Position numbers and translations under genes: made by a program
Part shown: positions 8,607-17,618 of the stretch, one piece after another
How positions within the stretch are numbered: position 1 is the stretch's first letter
How the letters are laid out: the number at the start of each line of letters is the position of its first letter
The notes under the pieces: model-generated
What the model saw: the letters and a program-made list of their open reading frames with translations, nothing else
What the model was told of the DNA's origin: nothing
Database searches by the model: none
DNA from: a bacterium
GTDB lineage: Bacteria > RBG-13-61-14 > DATKZS01
NCBI GenBank assembly: GCA_046484135.1
Contig: JAWOBU010000177.1
Span: forward strand, 1-20,935
DNA length: 20,935 nucleotides
Direction: 5' to 3'

Positions 8607-9571
8607 TTGGACTCCTCCTTCCGGTCTATCTCCCGCAGGAAGTAGGACTCGAGCGTCTCCCGTTGCGGCTTCAAGCCCACCAGTTTGCCCCCGGCGCCGC
8701 GGCCGGTCTCTTCAACGCGGTCGGCCGCCTCCCAGGTCGGAGCGCTCACCACGACCAATTTGCCCTTGGAGATGACCCGCAACCCCGGAAACTCTTCACA
8801 AAGAGCCTCCAGCTTTTCCGCCCCTGCCAGGTCCAGCCCGCTGAAATGGAGGTCCACGTGTTCCACCGGAGCTTCCAGGATGTCGGCAAGGCTGCCCGTG
8901 CCCCGCACCCGGCCCCGGTGGATTATTACCACCCGGTCGCATATCTCCTCCACGTCCGGAAGGATGTGGGAGCTGAAGAAAATGGTCTTGCCTTCGTCCC
9001 GGAGCTGGAGAATGATCTCCCGAATGTCCCGCCGGCCTATCGGGTCCAGCCCGGACATGGGCTCGTCCAGGATCACTATGTCCGGGTCCCCTATGATGGC
9101 CTGGGCAAGACCGATCCTTTGCAACATCCCCTTCGAGTACTTGCGAAGGGCAAGGTCCTTTGCCTCTTCCATGCCCGTAAGCTCCAGAAGCTCGGCCACC
9201 CGCGCCCGGCGAGACCTGCCCCCCAGACCGTGGAAGCGGGCGTAAAAGTCCAAGAGCTCCCCCCCGGTAAGGAACTCGTAAAAGTAAGGATGCTCCGGCA
9301 GGAAGCCGACCCGGCTTTTTATGTTCACCTCCCCCAGAGGCGCTCCCAGAACCTCGCCGCTGCCGCTGGTGGGATATATAAGACCAAGGATTATCTTGAT
9401 GGAGGTGGTCTTGCCCGCGCCGTTCGGGCCCAGAAAACCCAGGATCTCGTTCCGGCGCGACTCGAAGCTCACCCCTCGCAACACCTCGAGCCGGCGGCGC
9501 AAAAAGCCGGTATGGAAAACCTTGTAAAGGTCTTTTACGGACAAAACAACATCGTTCCCTGAGGATGACAT
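8603..9571 (-). CDS. ABC transporter ATP-binding protein, PilH-like
   Basis: Walker A GPNGAGKTT, signature YSKGM, Walker B ILDEP, D-loop SGLD and H-switch SSH. Confidence 0.93.
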   Translation of the reverse strand: MSSSGNDVVLSVKDLYKVFHTGFLRRRLEVLRGVSFESRRNEILGFLGPNGAGKTTSIKIILGLIYPTSGSGEVLGAPLGEVNIKSRVGFLPEHPYFYEFLTGGELLDFYARFHGLGGRSRRARVAELLELTGMEEAKDLALRKYSKGMLQRIGLAQAIIGDPDIVILDEPMSGLDPIGRRDIREIILQLRDEGKTIFFSSHILPDVEEICDRVVIIHRGRVRGTGSLADILEAPVEHVDLHFSGLDLAGAEKLEALCEEFPGLRVISKGKLVVVSAPTWEAADRVEETGRGAGGKLVGLKPQRETLESYFLREIDRKEESN

Positions 9572-9582
9572 GACACGCTCCT

Positions 9583-10464
9583 TTATTTTTGCTTTTTGAC
9601 CTTGGATTCATGTACCTCGACTTGGACCGGGGGCTCGCTTCTTATACGTTTTTCTTTTTCATCGTAGACGAAGTGATACTTCCGGGAGTAGCGCTGCATG
9701 GGGTTTTCCGGCATTTTTTCCAAAAAGCCCGCCCGGATAAGATCATGGATGCCGGCCGGGTAACTCCCGGTCTCTTGGCGGTACTTCTCCAGCACCCGGT
9801 TAAGCTCCTTCTCCATCTGCCGCGTCCGGATCTCCGCCATCCTCCGGCGAAACTTTTTCCTGGCCATTTCGTCCTCGGTATGCCGGAGCATCTCCTCCAG
9901 GAAACTCATGCTCGTCTCCAGCCGGCCGGTCTCGCTACGGATGCGGCTCGCCAGAAGCGCGAAATAAGGCTTGTCCTTGAGCCGGGCGGCGATCTCCATG
10001 TTGTCCGCCGACTTCTCCGGCTCGTGAAGGTAGAAGTAATATAAGTAACCCAGCAGAAACGGAGGCCGGTAGTCTTCGGGGCAGTGCTTTTTTCCCTTCT
10101 CCAGGATCCTTATCACTTTGTCGGCCTCTACTCCTCCCAGCATCATGTTCTGGCCGGCAAAGTAATAGGAGACACAGAAATCGGGATCAAGGTCGGTAAT
10201 GAAGTCGGTGAGAGGGTACAGGTCAACCGGAGGAACTTTCTTGTTCACGCTCTCGGAGTAGTACTGAATGGCCCGGAGCCAGTAAAGGTCCGCCACTATG
10301 GTGTGATACCCCATGGAAGCAGTCTTGACAATGGCGGAGTTGGGGGGAGTGAACCCCCTCTTCTGACCCGCATCCAGCTCTTCGGACCGGCGGTCAATCC
10401 ACACCTGGAGCACGAATATTAATATCCCGAAAAGCACCAGCGCCGCTATGAGACGTTTGACCAT
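9583..10464 (-). CDS. Membrane-anchored TPR-like protein, PilG/XapA-like, with a pseudopilin-like C-terminal segment
   Basis: A single N-terminal TM is followed by ADLYWLRAIQYY, ITDLDPDF and P.DYR.PFLLGYLYYFYL, which I recognise from pilin-locus proteins of deltaproteobacteria. It lies directly before the ABC ATPase and permease, as in Myxococcus pilG-pilH-pilI. Confidence 0.65.
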   Translation of the reverse strand: MVKRLIAALVLFGILIFVLQVWIDRRSEELDAGQKRGFTPPNSAIVKTASMGYHTIVADLYWLRAIQYYSESVNKKVPPVDLYPLTDFITDLDPDFCVSYYFAGQNMMLGGVEADKVIRILEKGKKHCPEDYRPPFLLGYLYYFYLHEPEKSADNMEIAARLKDKPYFALLASRIRSETGRLETSMSFLEEMLRHTEDEMARKKFRRRMAEIRTRQMEKELNRVLEKYRQETGSYPAGIHDLIRAGFLEKMPENPMQRYSRKYHFVYDEKEKRIRSEPPVQVEVHESKVKKQK

Positions 10465-10584
10465 CGTCTCTCTCCACTAAAGGAAAATCCTTTCTCACTC
10501 CGGAAACCGAAGGACCGGCGGAAACTCCTTGATGCTCTTACTCTATTATAATCACTGTCCATAAAAAGTCCCGCGTTTGCGATT

Positions 10585-13500
10585 TCAATCCGCTGCCGGC
10601 TCCGGTCCGCCCTGCATCCTCGAAAGCGCCTGGTAAAGATTCCGGTCGTAATCGGACCGCCGTTGCCGATAGGGGGTTGCAAAAGCTCTCGAGTCCTTCT
10701 CTTCCGCCTTCTTTACCTCTCGGCGGCGGCGATGGAACTCTTCCCATTGCTCTTCGGCTTCCCGGCGCCGGTCGGCCTGGTAAAGGGCCTTAACAAGGCG
10801 CAGGCGGGCGCCGAGGTCATGGGGCTCGAGCTCAAGCGCTTTTCTAAGATGGCCGAGCTGTTCCCCCCGGTTTTCGGCAACCTTGTAAGCCTCCGCCGCC
10901 AGCAGGTGATAGTCCACGTTAGAGGGCGCAAGCTCAAGCGCCTTTTCGATCTTTTCGAGCGCCTCTTCCAGAAGCGGTCCATGGCCGGTGTTCCGGTACA
11001 TGAGAAAACATGTCCGGGCCTCCATGCCCCGCGCCGCAGGGTCGGCCGGGTTCCGGTCTACCGCCTCCTTGGCCGCCTTCCATGCCTTTTCCAGATGTTT
11101 GATGTTATTGCTCGCCTGATACTCCGCCAGGAGATATCCGGCAAGGCTCCGGAAGGGCAAAGCGTTTCCCAACGAGTGCCGGCCGGCGCGGTGGGCCAGG
11201 AACACCGCCTTGCGCAGGTCCGTGGCTTTCCGGGCTTCAAGGTTCCGGCCAAAGCCGCGGGCCAGGGCCAGGTAGGCGGGAGTACCCAAAAGTACGGCCA
11301 GTAATAAGACCAGGAAAAGACCCCGCCGGGCCCATCCGCCCGGGTCCACCGGCACGGTCCAGCCCTCCCATAGCCCGGCCAGTTCGCAAACCAGCAGGGC
11401 CGAAAACACCGCGGCCAGTACGGCAAGCGACGGGTTATGAAGGTTCGAGTCGAAAAAGGCGTGAAGGGCCAGGCTCAAGATGCCGGCGGCAAGTCCCGTT
11501 ATTACCGGGCCTCGCCCGGAGCGCCGGCCTTTCCTTACTGCGCCCATAAGAAGCAGAACCAGGGCGAGCAAAAGCAGGACCGGGGCAAGCACGGACATCT
11601 CCGCGGCCAGGTGAAGATACTCGTTATGGGCGCTGTCAGCGGTGCGTTCGTATCTTCCGCCGATAACGTTCTCCACCGGGAACTTGTAGCGGTGCGAGTA
11701 GTACTTATACATTCCAAGGCCGACGCCGAGCGGATGCTCCTTTATCATCTTAAGGCTCGAGGCCCATATCTCCGGCCTTTCAAAAGCGTACTTGTCCGAC
11801 TCGATATTGAGGACCCTCTCCCGCAGCGGATTGGGAAACACCGCCAGCAATACCGCCCCCAGCACCAGGGCCGTGCCTGCCGCTGCCGCGCCGGCCCGGA
11901 AAGAACGCCGCGGGCTCATGCCGCGCGACTCCAGCACTCCTTGCAGGCCGGGGACAGCTACCAGGAGCAGGGGCACCGGCCAGATGATGAGCGCCCGGCT
12001 CCGGGTAACCAGCGCGCCCGCGGCCAGCACCAGGAAAACAAGGGCGCCGCCTCCGAAAAGGACGACACCCCTCTTACCGGGCTTTTGCAAAGCCCGGAGC
12101 GACCGGGCGAGAACATAAGGACTGATCGCCATGAGGTATCCGGCGAGTAAAGCCGGGTTATAGAACCCGCCGGCGCCCCGGTCACCCTCTGCCAGGTATT
12201 GAGATACGGCCCAGGCCGACTGGACCAGGCCGGAGAACACCACCAGCGCCATGATCCCATCGCCCCGCTTTTCGCGTCTGCCCTCCTCGCCGGCGAACTG
12301 GACCAGGACGTAAAATAAAATGATACAGGTCACGATGTTAAGGTGCCAGTACAAAGAGATATAAAAGTAATCGCTTTTAACGAACGCGTACGCTGCGACA
12401 AGCCAGAAAAGCGCCACAACAAGGTCCAGCCGTGTACGGAGAAAAGCGAGCTCCCGCTCTCGCATGAGCTTGTATGCCCAGGCCGCGGCCATGAGAAGGA
12501 CCGTGCTCTTGAGCGCGGTAACCGGCACGTAATGGGTCCCTCCGTGCATGGCGGGAAGAACCGCAAGGACCAGGAACCACAAGGGCCACCACAACAGCCG
12601 GGGACGGCGCCGGAACAGCAGATACATACATAGTGCGAGGCCGACAAGGCTCACCGCCAGTCCGGCGTAAAAGGAGAGAGGACGGTAGTAGAACTCCACC
12701 ACTCCGCCCGACTTGTCCACCGGCACGGCGCGGAAGAAGCCGTTGGCCCGGTAGAGGGGCAGCTCTTCTCCGTTCATGCGGGCGTGCCAGCCCGGCATGA
12801 AGCTGTCGAGAAGCACCAGGTAACCCGGGTGATCGGACTCGACCATGATGGCCAGGTAATGGTTTTTCTCCTCCAGAATGGACGCGCCCCAGAAAACCGG
12901 TCCGGCGCCGGGCATCCGGTATGACGGAGGCTCCCCCTCCAGGACCGCGGTCTCTCGGGGGTCGAAGGACTCCGACTGGATACGTTGAAGGGCCTTCTCC
13001 CGATTTTGAACGAACTCGACCTGGGGGGTTACATAAGCTCGGGGAAGGGCATCTTTTATTTTATAGGGAGGCGCTCCCGGCCGGATGACCCATTTGACGC
13101 CCGAGAGCGCGAGTATCCGCTCTTTTTCCGACTGGCTATTCTCTCTGAGAAGCGAAAGCCAGCGGTCCGCGTCGGCAGGATAAAAAGAGCTCTTGGCGCC
13201 GGTGTCCCGGAGCTTGAGCTGCAAGCCGGTAAAGGGCTGCACCCATTGGCGCTGGTTTTTGAAGAACTCTTCCACGTTGTCCCCCGTCCCCAGCCACCGG
13301 TCGGGCTTATCAGGTGAAAAAACCGCCACCCGGTCGCCCTGGGGAACGCCTTCGGCGATGTTGTTCTTCAAGGAATAGAAGCCGGGCTCCGTCGCGGGGT
13401 TCACGTATTGGTGAGCAAGGAACAGGTCCATGAGGATAATAAGGCAGATCATGAAAGCCGCGACCGTCCGCTTGAGAAAGCGAAGGCGGGCCAGAAAGAA

Positions 13501-14958
13501 CACTGCCAGAAACAGGGCGACCACGCCCGCGCTTTGAATGATAGAGGCGGATATGAGGTCCAGATGATACTGTTGAAGCGCTTCCGGCCCGGATGCCACG
13601 GAAGGGGCCTGGCCTGCTTCAAGAAAGTAAGAACGCAAAACCGCGATGATCCCTGCCGCAAGAAGAAGGAAAGGCAAGGCCCGCCGGAGTACTCCGCCGG
13701 AGCCGTGGTCTTGGTCCGTTTCATCCTTTGACGCAGCGCCGCTTACGATCTTGTCCGTTCCTGCGGCACACAGGAGGCTTAAAAGCACGGCGAACCCGTA
13801 TAAGCACTTCTCCGGAATCCGGAAGCGGTCGAAGCCGGGCACGAGGTGGTAGAAGAGCCGGTAGAGCAGGCCGTAATCACCGAGGCTGAGAAGCAGAAAC
13901 AGCGCGGCTCCGCCGGCCAGTATCGCGCCTGTCTTTCTGTCCTTTACAATCCCGACCCCGGCAAGCAAAAGCACGACGATACCGGGATAGACGGAAAGAA
14001 GGTAAGGCAGCTTGGCCTCCAGGTTGAAAAACCCCAGTACCCACAGCCGTCCCTGGGACGGGTCCAGGATGTTGTTGGGAAAAAGCAGGGTAAACAGGGA
14101 GCCCGGCGGCAGGGACCACTTCAGGGCCGCCTGGTAGTCCACCCCTCCGGCACGGTTGGACAGGCCCGCCATGTCCAGGCTAAGGGACCATTGCACCGCG
14201 GACAGGGCAGCGGCCAGGACGAGACCCGCGCCGCAGATGTAGAGGCATCTTGTAAGGTAGGCCCGGCCGGAGAGCTCTTCTTCCTTTTCCAAGTAAAGAG
14301 CCGCGCAGAAAAGGGCAACTATTATGGCGGTAAGGAAGGCTATCTCCGGCTCTCCTCCCATAACCTGCAACGCCCAGAAGATGCCCACTCCCGCGACAAA
14401 CACCGCCCGCCCGGTGCGGATGCCCTGCCGGACCGACCATAAAAGCCACATGATCCAGGCCGCGGAAGAGAGGACCACCACCTGGACACCCGCGGAGATA
14501 AAGAACCCACCGTAAGCGAAAGCCAGCGCACCGGCCAGGGCCGCGGCCCACGACCTGCCAAGCGATCTCATAAGAACATAAGCGCCGGAAAGGGCGACAA
14601 CATAGTGGAAGATTATGTAGAAACTCACCGACCGGGCAGCCGAGCCCAAAAGAAAAAAGAAGTTGAAAGGATAAAACGCGGCCCACTGCGAGTTGGCGGC
14701 CAGGGGAAGGCCGAAGAAGCCGTAGGGGTTCCAGAGCACCTCTCCGCCGGAGCGCGACAGGAACCAGCGCTTGGGAACGATCTCCATGCACACGTCCCGG
14801 AAGTAAAACACCTCACCGGCAAAGATCACCGGCGCGAAGAAAAGGAAAAGGGAGGCAAGCATGAGTGCTGCCGCCACCCAGTCCCGGCTGCTCGGTGCGA
14901 AGCCGGGGAATCTCTCCACGCCGGTCGGCAAAGGCTTCTGCGGTTTCCTCTCCTGCAT
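10585..14958 (-). CDS. 1457-aa fusion of a YfhO-like GT-C glycosyltransferase, an O-antigen ligase (Wzy_C) domain and TPR repeats
   Basis: aa 1 to about 785 carry FYFRD, LWNPY.FFG.PLAAN, FYP, RFRIPEK, ALPRAY and LVLLDSF.PGW.A..NG...RANG.FRAV (YfhO-like). The next part carries GGFYNPALLAGYL, TRSR, ERPEIW, PLGVGLG, SAHNEYLHLAAE and HAFFDSNLH (O-antigen ligase). The C-terminus has TPR helices. It is one uninterrupted ORF. Confidence 0.85.
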   Translation of the reverse strand: MQERKPQKPLPTGVERFPGFAPSSRDWVAAALMLASLFLFFAPVIFAGEVFYFRDVCMEIVPKRWFLSRSGGEVLWNPYGFFGLPLAANSQWAAFYPFNFFFLLGSAARSVSFYIIFHYVVALSGAYVLMRSLGRSWAAALAGALAFAYGGFFISAGVQVVVLSSAAWIMWLLWSVRQGIRTGRAVFVAGVGIFWALQVMGGEPEIAFLTAIIVALFCAALYLEKEEELSGRAYLTRCLYICGAGLVLAAALSAVQWSLSLDMAGLSNRAGGVDYQAALKWSLPPGSLFTLLFPNNILDPSQGRLWVLGFFNLEAKLPYLLSVYPGIVVLLLAGVGIVKDRKTGAILAGGAALFLLLSLGDYGLLYRLFYHLVPGFDRFRIPEKCLYGFAVLLSLLCAAGTDKIVSGAASKDETDQDHGSGGVLRRALPFLLLAAGIIAVLRSYFLEAGQAPSVASGPEALQQYHLDLISASIIQSAGVVALFLAVFFLARLRFLKRTVAAFMICLIILMDLFLAHQYVNPATEPGFYSLKNNIAEGVPQGDRVAVFSPDKPDRWLGTGDNVEEFFKNQRQWVQPFTGLQLKLRDTGAKSSFYPADADRWLSLLRENSQSEKERILALSGVKWVIRPGAPPYKIKDALPRAYVTPQVEFVQNREKALQRIQSESFDPRETAVLEGEPPSYRMPGAGPVFWGASILEEKNHYLAIMVESDHPGYLVLLDSFMPGWHARMNGEELPLYRANGFFRAVPVDKSGGVVEFYYRPLSFYAGLAVSLVGLALCMYLLFRRRPRLLWWPLWFLVLAVLPAMHGGTHYVPVTALKSTVLLMAAAWAYKLMRERELAFLRTRLDLVVALFWLVAAYAFVKSDYFYISLYWHLNIVTCIILFYVLVQFAGEEGRREKRGDGIMALVVFSGLVQSAWAVSQYLAEGDRGAGGFYNPALLAGYLMAISPYVLARSLRALQKPGKRGVVLFGGGALVFLVLAAGALVTRSRALIIWPVPLLLVAVPGLQGVLESRGMSPRRSFRAGAAAAGTALVLGAVLLAVFPNPLRERVLNIESDKYAFERPEIWASSLKMIKEHPLGVGLGMYKYYSHRYKFPVENVIGGRYERTADSAHNEYLHLAAEMSVLAPVLLLLALVLLLMGAVRKGRRSGRGPVITGLAAGILSLALHAFFDSNLHNPSLAVLAAVFSALLVCELAGLWEGWTVPVDPGGWARRGLFLVLLLAVLLGTPAYLALARGFGRNLEARKATDLRKAVFLAHRAGRHSLGNALPFRSLAGYLLAEYQASNNIKHLEKAWKAAKEAVDRNPADPAARGMEARTCFLMYRNTGHGPLLEEALEKIEKALELAPSNVDYHLLAAEAYKVAENRGEQLGHLRKALELEPHDLGARLRLVKALYQADRRREAEEQWEEFHRRRREVKKAEEKDSRAFATPYRQRRSDYDRNLYQALSRMQGGPEPAAD

Positions 14959-15036
14959 CAGGTATATCAGGCTACCTTGTTTGTTCTCGTATCACAAACG
15001 CGAAAAGGCGCGGCTAAACGCGATAGCGAAGGCGGT

Positions 15037-16185
15037 TTAACTGCCGATGATTTGACGGACGCGTTCGCGGGCGCTCGCGTCCGCTTCTTTGGCCTGCTCA
15101 ATGGTGGAGACCGGGCCGGGCCGATGGTTCAGAAGGACCTCGGCGATGATCTCGACTATGCGGCTGAACTTTATGTTGCCGGAGAGGAAAGCGTCCACCG
15201 CCTCTTCGTCCGCGGCCGCGAACACGGCAGGCGCGTCTCCTCCCATGTCCAGGGCCTTGTAAGCCAGTCCGGGAGCGGGAAAGCGCCCGTGGTCCGGGTT
15301 GCGAAAGCTCAAGGTGCCGAGCTCGGCAAGTTCGAGAGGTGGAAGTCCTATGTCCGGTCGCTCCGGGTAGGAGAGGGCATAAAGTATGGGGAAGCGCATG
15401 TCCGGTACGGACATCTGGGCTATAACTGACCCGTCCTTGAACTCGACCAGTGCGTGGACAATGCTTTCCGGGTGGATGAGAACCTCGATGCGGGAATGCT
15501 CGATCCCGAACAACCACCTGGCCTCGATGATCTCCAGGGCCTTGTTCATGAGGGTGGCGGAGTCTATGGATATCTTTTGCCCCATGGACCAGGTGGGATG
15601 GGAGAGCGCCTCTTCCGGCGTCACGTATTCCAGGTCTGCGGAAGCCGTGTCCAGAAACGGCCCGCCGGAAGCGGGAAGGATGATGCGCCGGACCCGCTCG
15701 ATCGGCCGCTCCGCCAAGGCCTGGAACACGCCGCTGTGCTCCGAGTCCACCGGCAGGATGAGAGAGCCGGACTTTTCCGCCTCGGACATGAGGAGCTCGC
15801 CCGCCATGACCATGCACTCCTTGTTGGCAAGCGCCACCGTCTTTCCCGCCCGCACCGCGGCCAGTGCCGGCGCAAGCGCGGCAGCGCCGGAGAGGGCGAT
15901 AAGCACGGTGTCCGCCTCCGGCATAGCCGCCATCCGGCACAGGCCTGGTTCTCCTTCTTCCACCCGGGGGGAGTAGTCCGTAAAGGTCTGGCACAGCTCG
16001 GGGGCGCGCTCTGCGCATATCGAGGCCATGAGGGGCCGGTGCCTGGATATCTGCTCGGAGAGGCGCTGGTAGTTGCTTCCCGCGGCCAAGGCCACCGCCT
16101 GGAATCTTCTCGGTTCCGCCTCTATCACCCGGAGGGCGTTCTCCCCGACCGAGCCGGTGCTTCCCAGCACCGCCACCCGCTTCAC
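15037..16185 (-). CDS. dxr: 1-deoxy-D-xylulose 5-phosphate reductoisomerase
   Basis: LGSTGSVG, LANKE, LPVDSEH, ASGGPF and HPTWSMGQKISIDSATLMNK. The GTG start overlaps the uppS stop. Confidence 0.97.
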   Translation of the reverse strand: MKRVAVLGSTGSVGENALRVIEAEPRRFQAVALAAGSNYQRLSEQISRHRPLMASICAERAPELCQTFTDYSPRVEEGEPGLCRMAAMPEADTVLIALSGAAALAPALAAVRAGKTVALANKECMVMAGELLMSEAEKSGSLILPVDSEHSGVFQALAERPIERVRRIILPASGGPFLDTASADLEYVTPEEALSHPTWSMGQKISIDSATLMNKALEIIEARWLFGIEHSRIEVLIHPESIVHALVEFKDGSVIAQMSVPDMRFPILYALSYPERPDIGLPPLELAELGTLSFRNPDHGRFPAPGLAYKALDMGGDAPAVFAAADEEAVDAFLSGNIKFSRIVEIIAEVLLNHRPGPVSTIEQAKEADASARERVRQIIGS

Positions 16186-16910
16186 TTGAACTTCCTCGCT
16201 TTCTTCCGGCCTTTCTTTTTTGAAGAGGACCCGGTGCGGCCGAACCGCCGCTCCCTGCGGTAGAAGGCTTCAATGGCCCGGGAGAGGTGCTTCCCCGTAA
16301 AGTCGGGCCAGAGCACGCTGGTAAAGTAGAGCTCGGAGTAGGCCAGTTGCCAGAGCAGGTAATTGGAGATGCGCTGCTCTCCGCCGGTGCGGATAAGCAG
16401 ATCGGGGTCGGGTATGCCCGCGGTGTCGAGATGTTCGGACAGGTTCTTTTCCGTAATGTACTCGGGAGTGCCTTTTTGTGCTATGGCGCGGGCCGCCCGG
16501 GCGATCTCGTCCCTGCCGCCGTAGCAGATGGCGAGGTTCAGGGTGAGCCGCCGGCCGCCGGAGGTCTTCTCTTGCGCCTGTTCGATCTTGTCCCGGAGGT
16601 CTTTGCCCAAAAGGTCGCGGTTGCCGATCACCCGGAGCTTCACGTCGTTCTCGATAAGAGAGTCAACCTGGTTGTCCAGGTAATCGCGCATGAGGACGGC
16701 CAGTGCGTCCAGCTCTTCTTGCGGCCGGGACAGGTTCTCGGTGGACAGGGCGTAGAGGGTAAGATAGGGGATGCCGCGTTTGGCAGTGGACCGGGTTATG
16801 CGGCGGGCGGTCCTGACCCCCTGCTGGTGGCCTTCCGAGCGGGACAGCCCCCGCTTCTCGGCCCACCTGCCGTTCCCGTCCATTATTATGGCAACGTGGT
16901 TCAGTGTCAT
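16182..16910 (-). CDS. uppS: Undecaprenyl diphosphate synthase (cis-isoprenyl transferase)
   Basis: HVAIIMDGNGRWA, YALSTEN, YGGRDEI, PDPDLLIRTGGEQRISNYLLWQ, LWPDF and RERRFG. Confidence 0.97.
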   Translation of the reverse strand: MTLNHVAIIMDGNGRWAEKRGLSRSEGHQQGVRTARRITRSTAKRGIPYLTLYALSTENLSRPQEELDALAVLMRDYLDNQVDSLIENDVKLRVIGNRDLLGKDLRDKIEQAQEKTSGGRRLTLNLAICYGGRDEIARAARAIAQKGTPEYITEKNLSEHLDTAGIPDPDLLIRTGGEQRISNYLLWQLAYSELYFTSVLWPDFTGKHLSRAIEAFYRRERRFGRTGSSSKKKGRKKARKFK

Positions 16911-16934
16911 AAGCGGAAGCTTGGCGGATGGTAA

Positions 16935-17501
16935 TCAAATCTCCATCAGTTCGTCTTCTTTGGCTTTTACGATCTTGTCAATCTCTTCAACTGCTTTGTC
17001 CACTTCTTTCTGGACCTTGTCCATGCCCTGATGAAACTCGTCCTCGGATATCTCCTTGTCCTTCTCCGACTGCTTGAGCTGGTCCTTGGCGTCCTTGCGC
17101 ACCTGGCGCACGGAGACCCGGTGGTCCTCCGCTATCTTCTTCACCTGCTTGGCCAGGTCTTTCCTTCTCTCTTCCGTAAGCTCAGGTATGGTCAGCCGGA
17201 GCACCTTTCCGTCATTATGGGGATTGAGTCCCAGGTCCGCGGCCTGGATGGCCTTTTCTATGTCCTTCAGACAAGAGGGGTCATAGGGTTGAATAACCAT
17301 GAGCCGGGGCTCGGGGATGTTTATGTTGGCCATGTTGCGGAGAGGAGTCAAGACCCCGTAGTAGTCCGCTTTCACGTCATCGAGGATGTTGGGAGAGGCC
17401 CGGCCGGTCCTTATCTTGGCCAACTGTTTTTTCAAGCTCTTTTCAATGTTCTGGTTCTCTTGTTTCACGTCCTCCACTACCATGTCAATAATTTCGGACA
17501 T
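16935..17501 (-). CDS. frr: Ribosome recycling factor
   Basis: IRTGRA, DYYG..TPL, IEKAI...DLGLNP and PELTEERRKDL. GGAGG lies upstream and the gene is in its canonical position. Confidence 0.97.
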   Translation of the reverse strand: MSEIIDMVVEDVKQENQNIEKSLKKQLAKIRTGRASPNILDDVKADYYGVLTPLRNMANINIPEPRLMVIQPYDPSCLKDIEKAIQAADLGLNPHNDGKVLRLTIPELTEERRKDLAKQVKKIAEDHRVSVRQVRKDAKDQLKQSEKDKEISEDEFHQGMDKVQKEVDKAVEEIDKIVKAKEDELMEI

Positions 17502-17569
17502 CCTTTCGTCCTCCTTTGTTCCGGGTGCCGGAGAAGTCCTGTAACTCGAAACATCGGCGATTATGCAAT

Positions 17570-17618
17570 GTGCGAGAGGCCTTGATCGCGACTAAAGTCG
17601 CTCGCACCTATCATGATA
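17570..17618. repeat. Intergenic palindromic element, REP-like hairpin
   Basis: GCGAC-TAAA-GTCGC (17588-17601), an outer inverted repeat GTGCGAG (17570-17576) / CTCGCAC (17601-17607) and the adjacent palindrome TATCATGATA (17609-17618). Confidence 0.45.

Noticed and set aside
7584..16934. Numerous 60-390 aa overlapping or antisense ORFs (e.g. 7584-8645, 8663-9562, 15098-16273, 15454-16263)
   Set aside because: They overlap well-supported genes, mostly have Arg/Pro/Gly/Ala-rich off-frame composition and show no independent signals.
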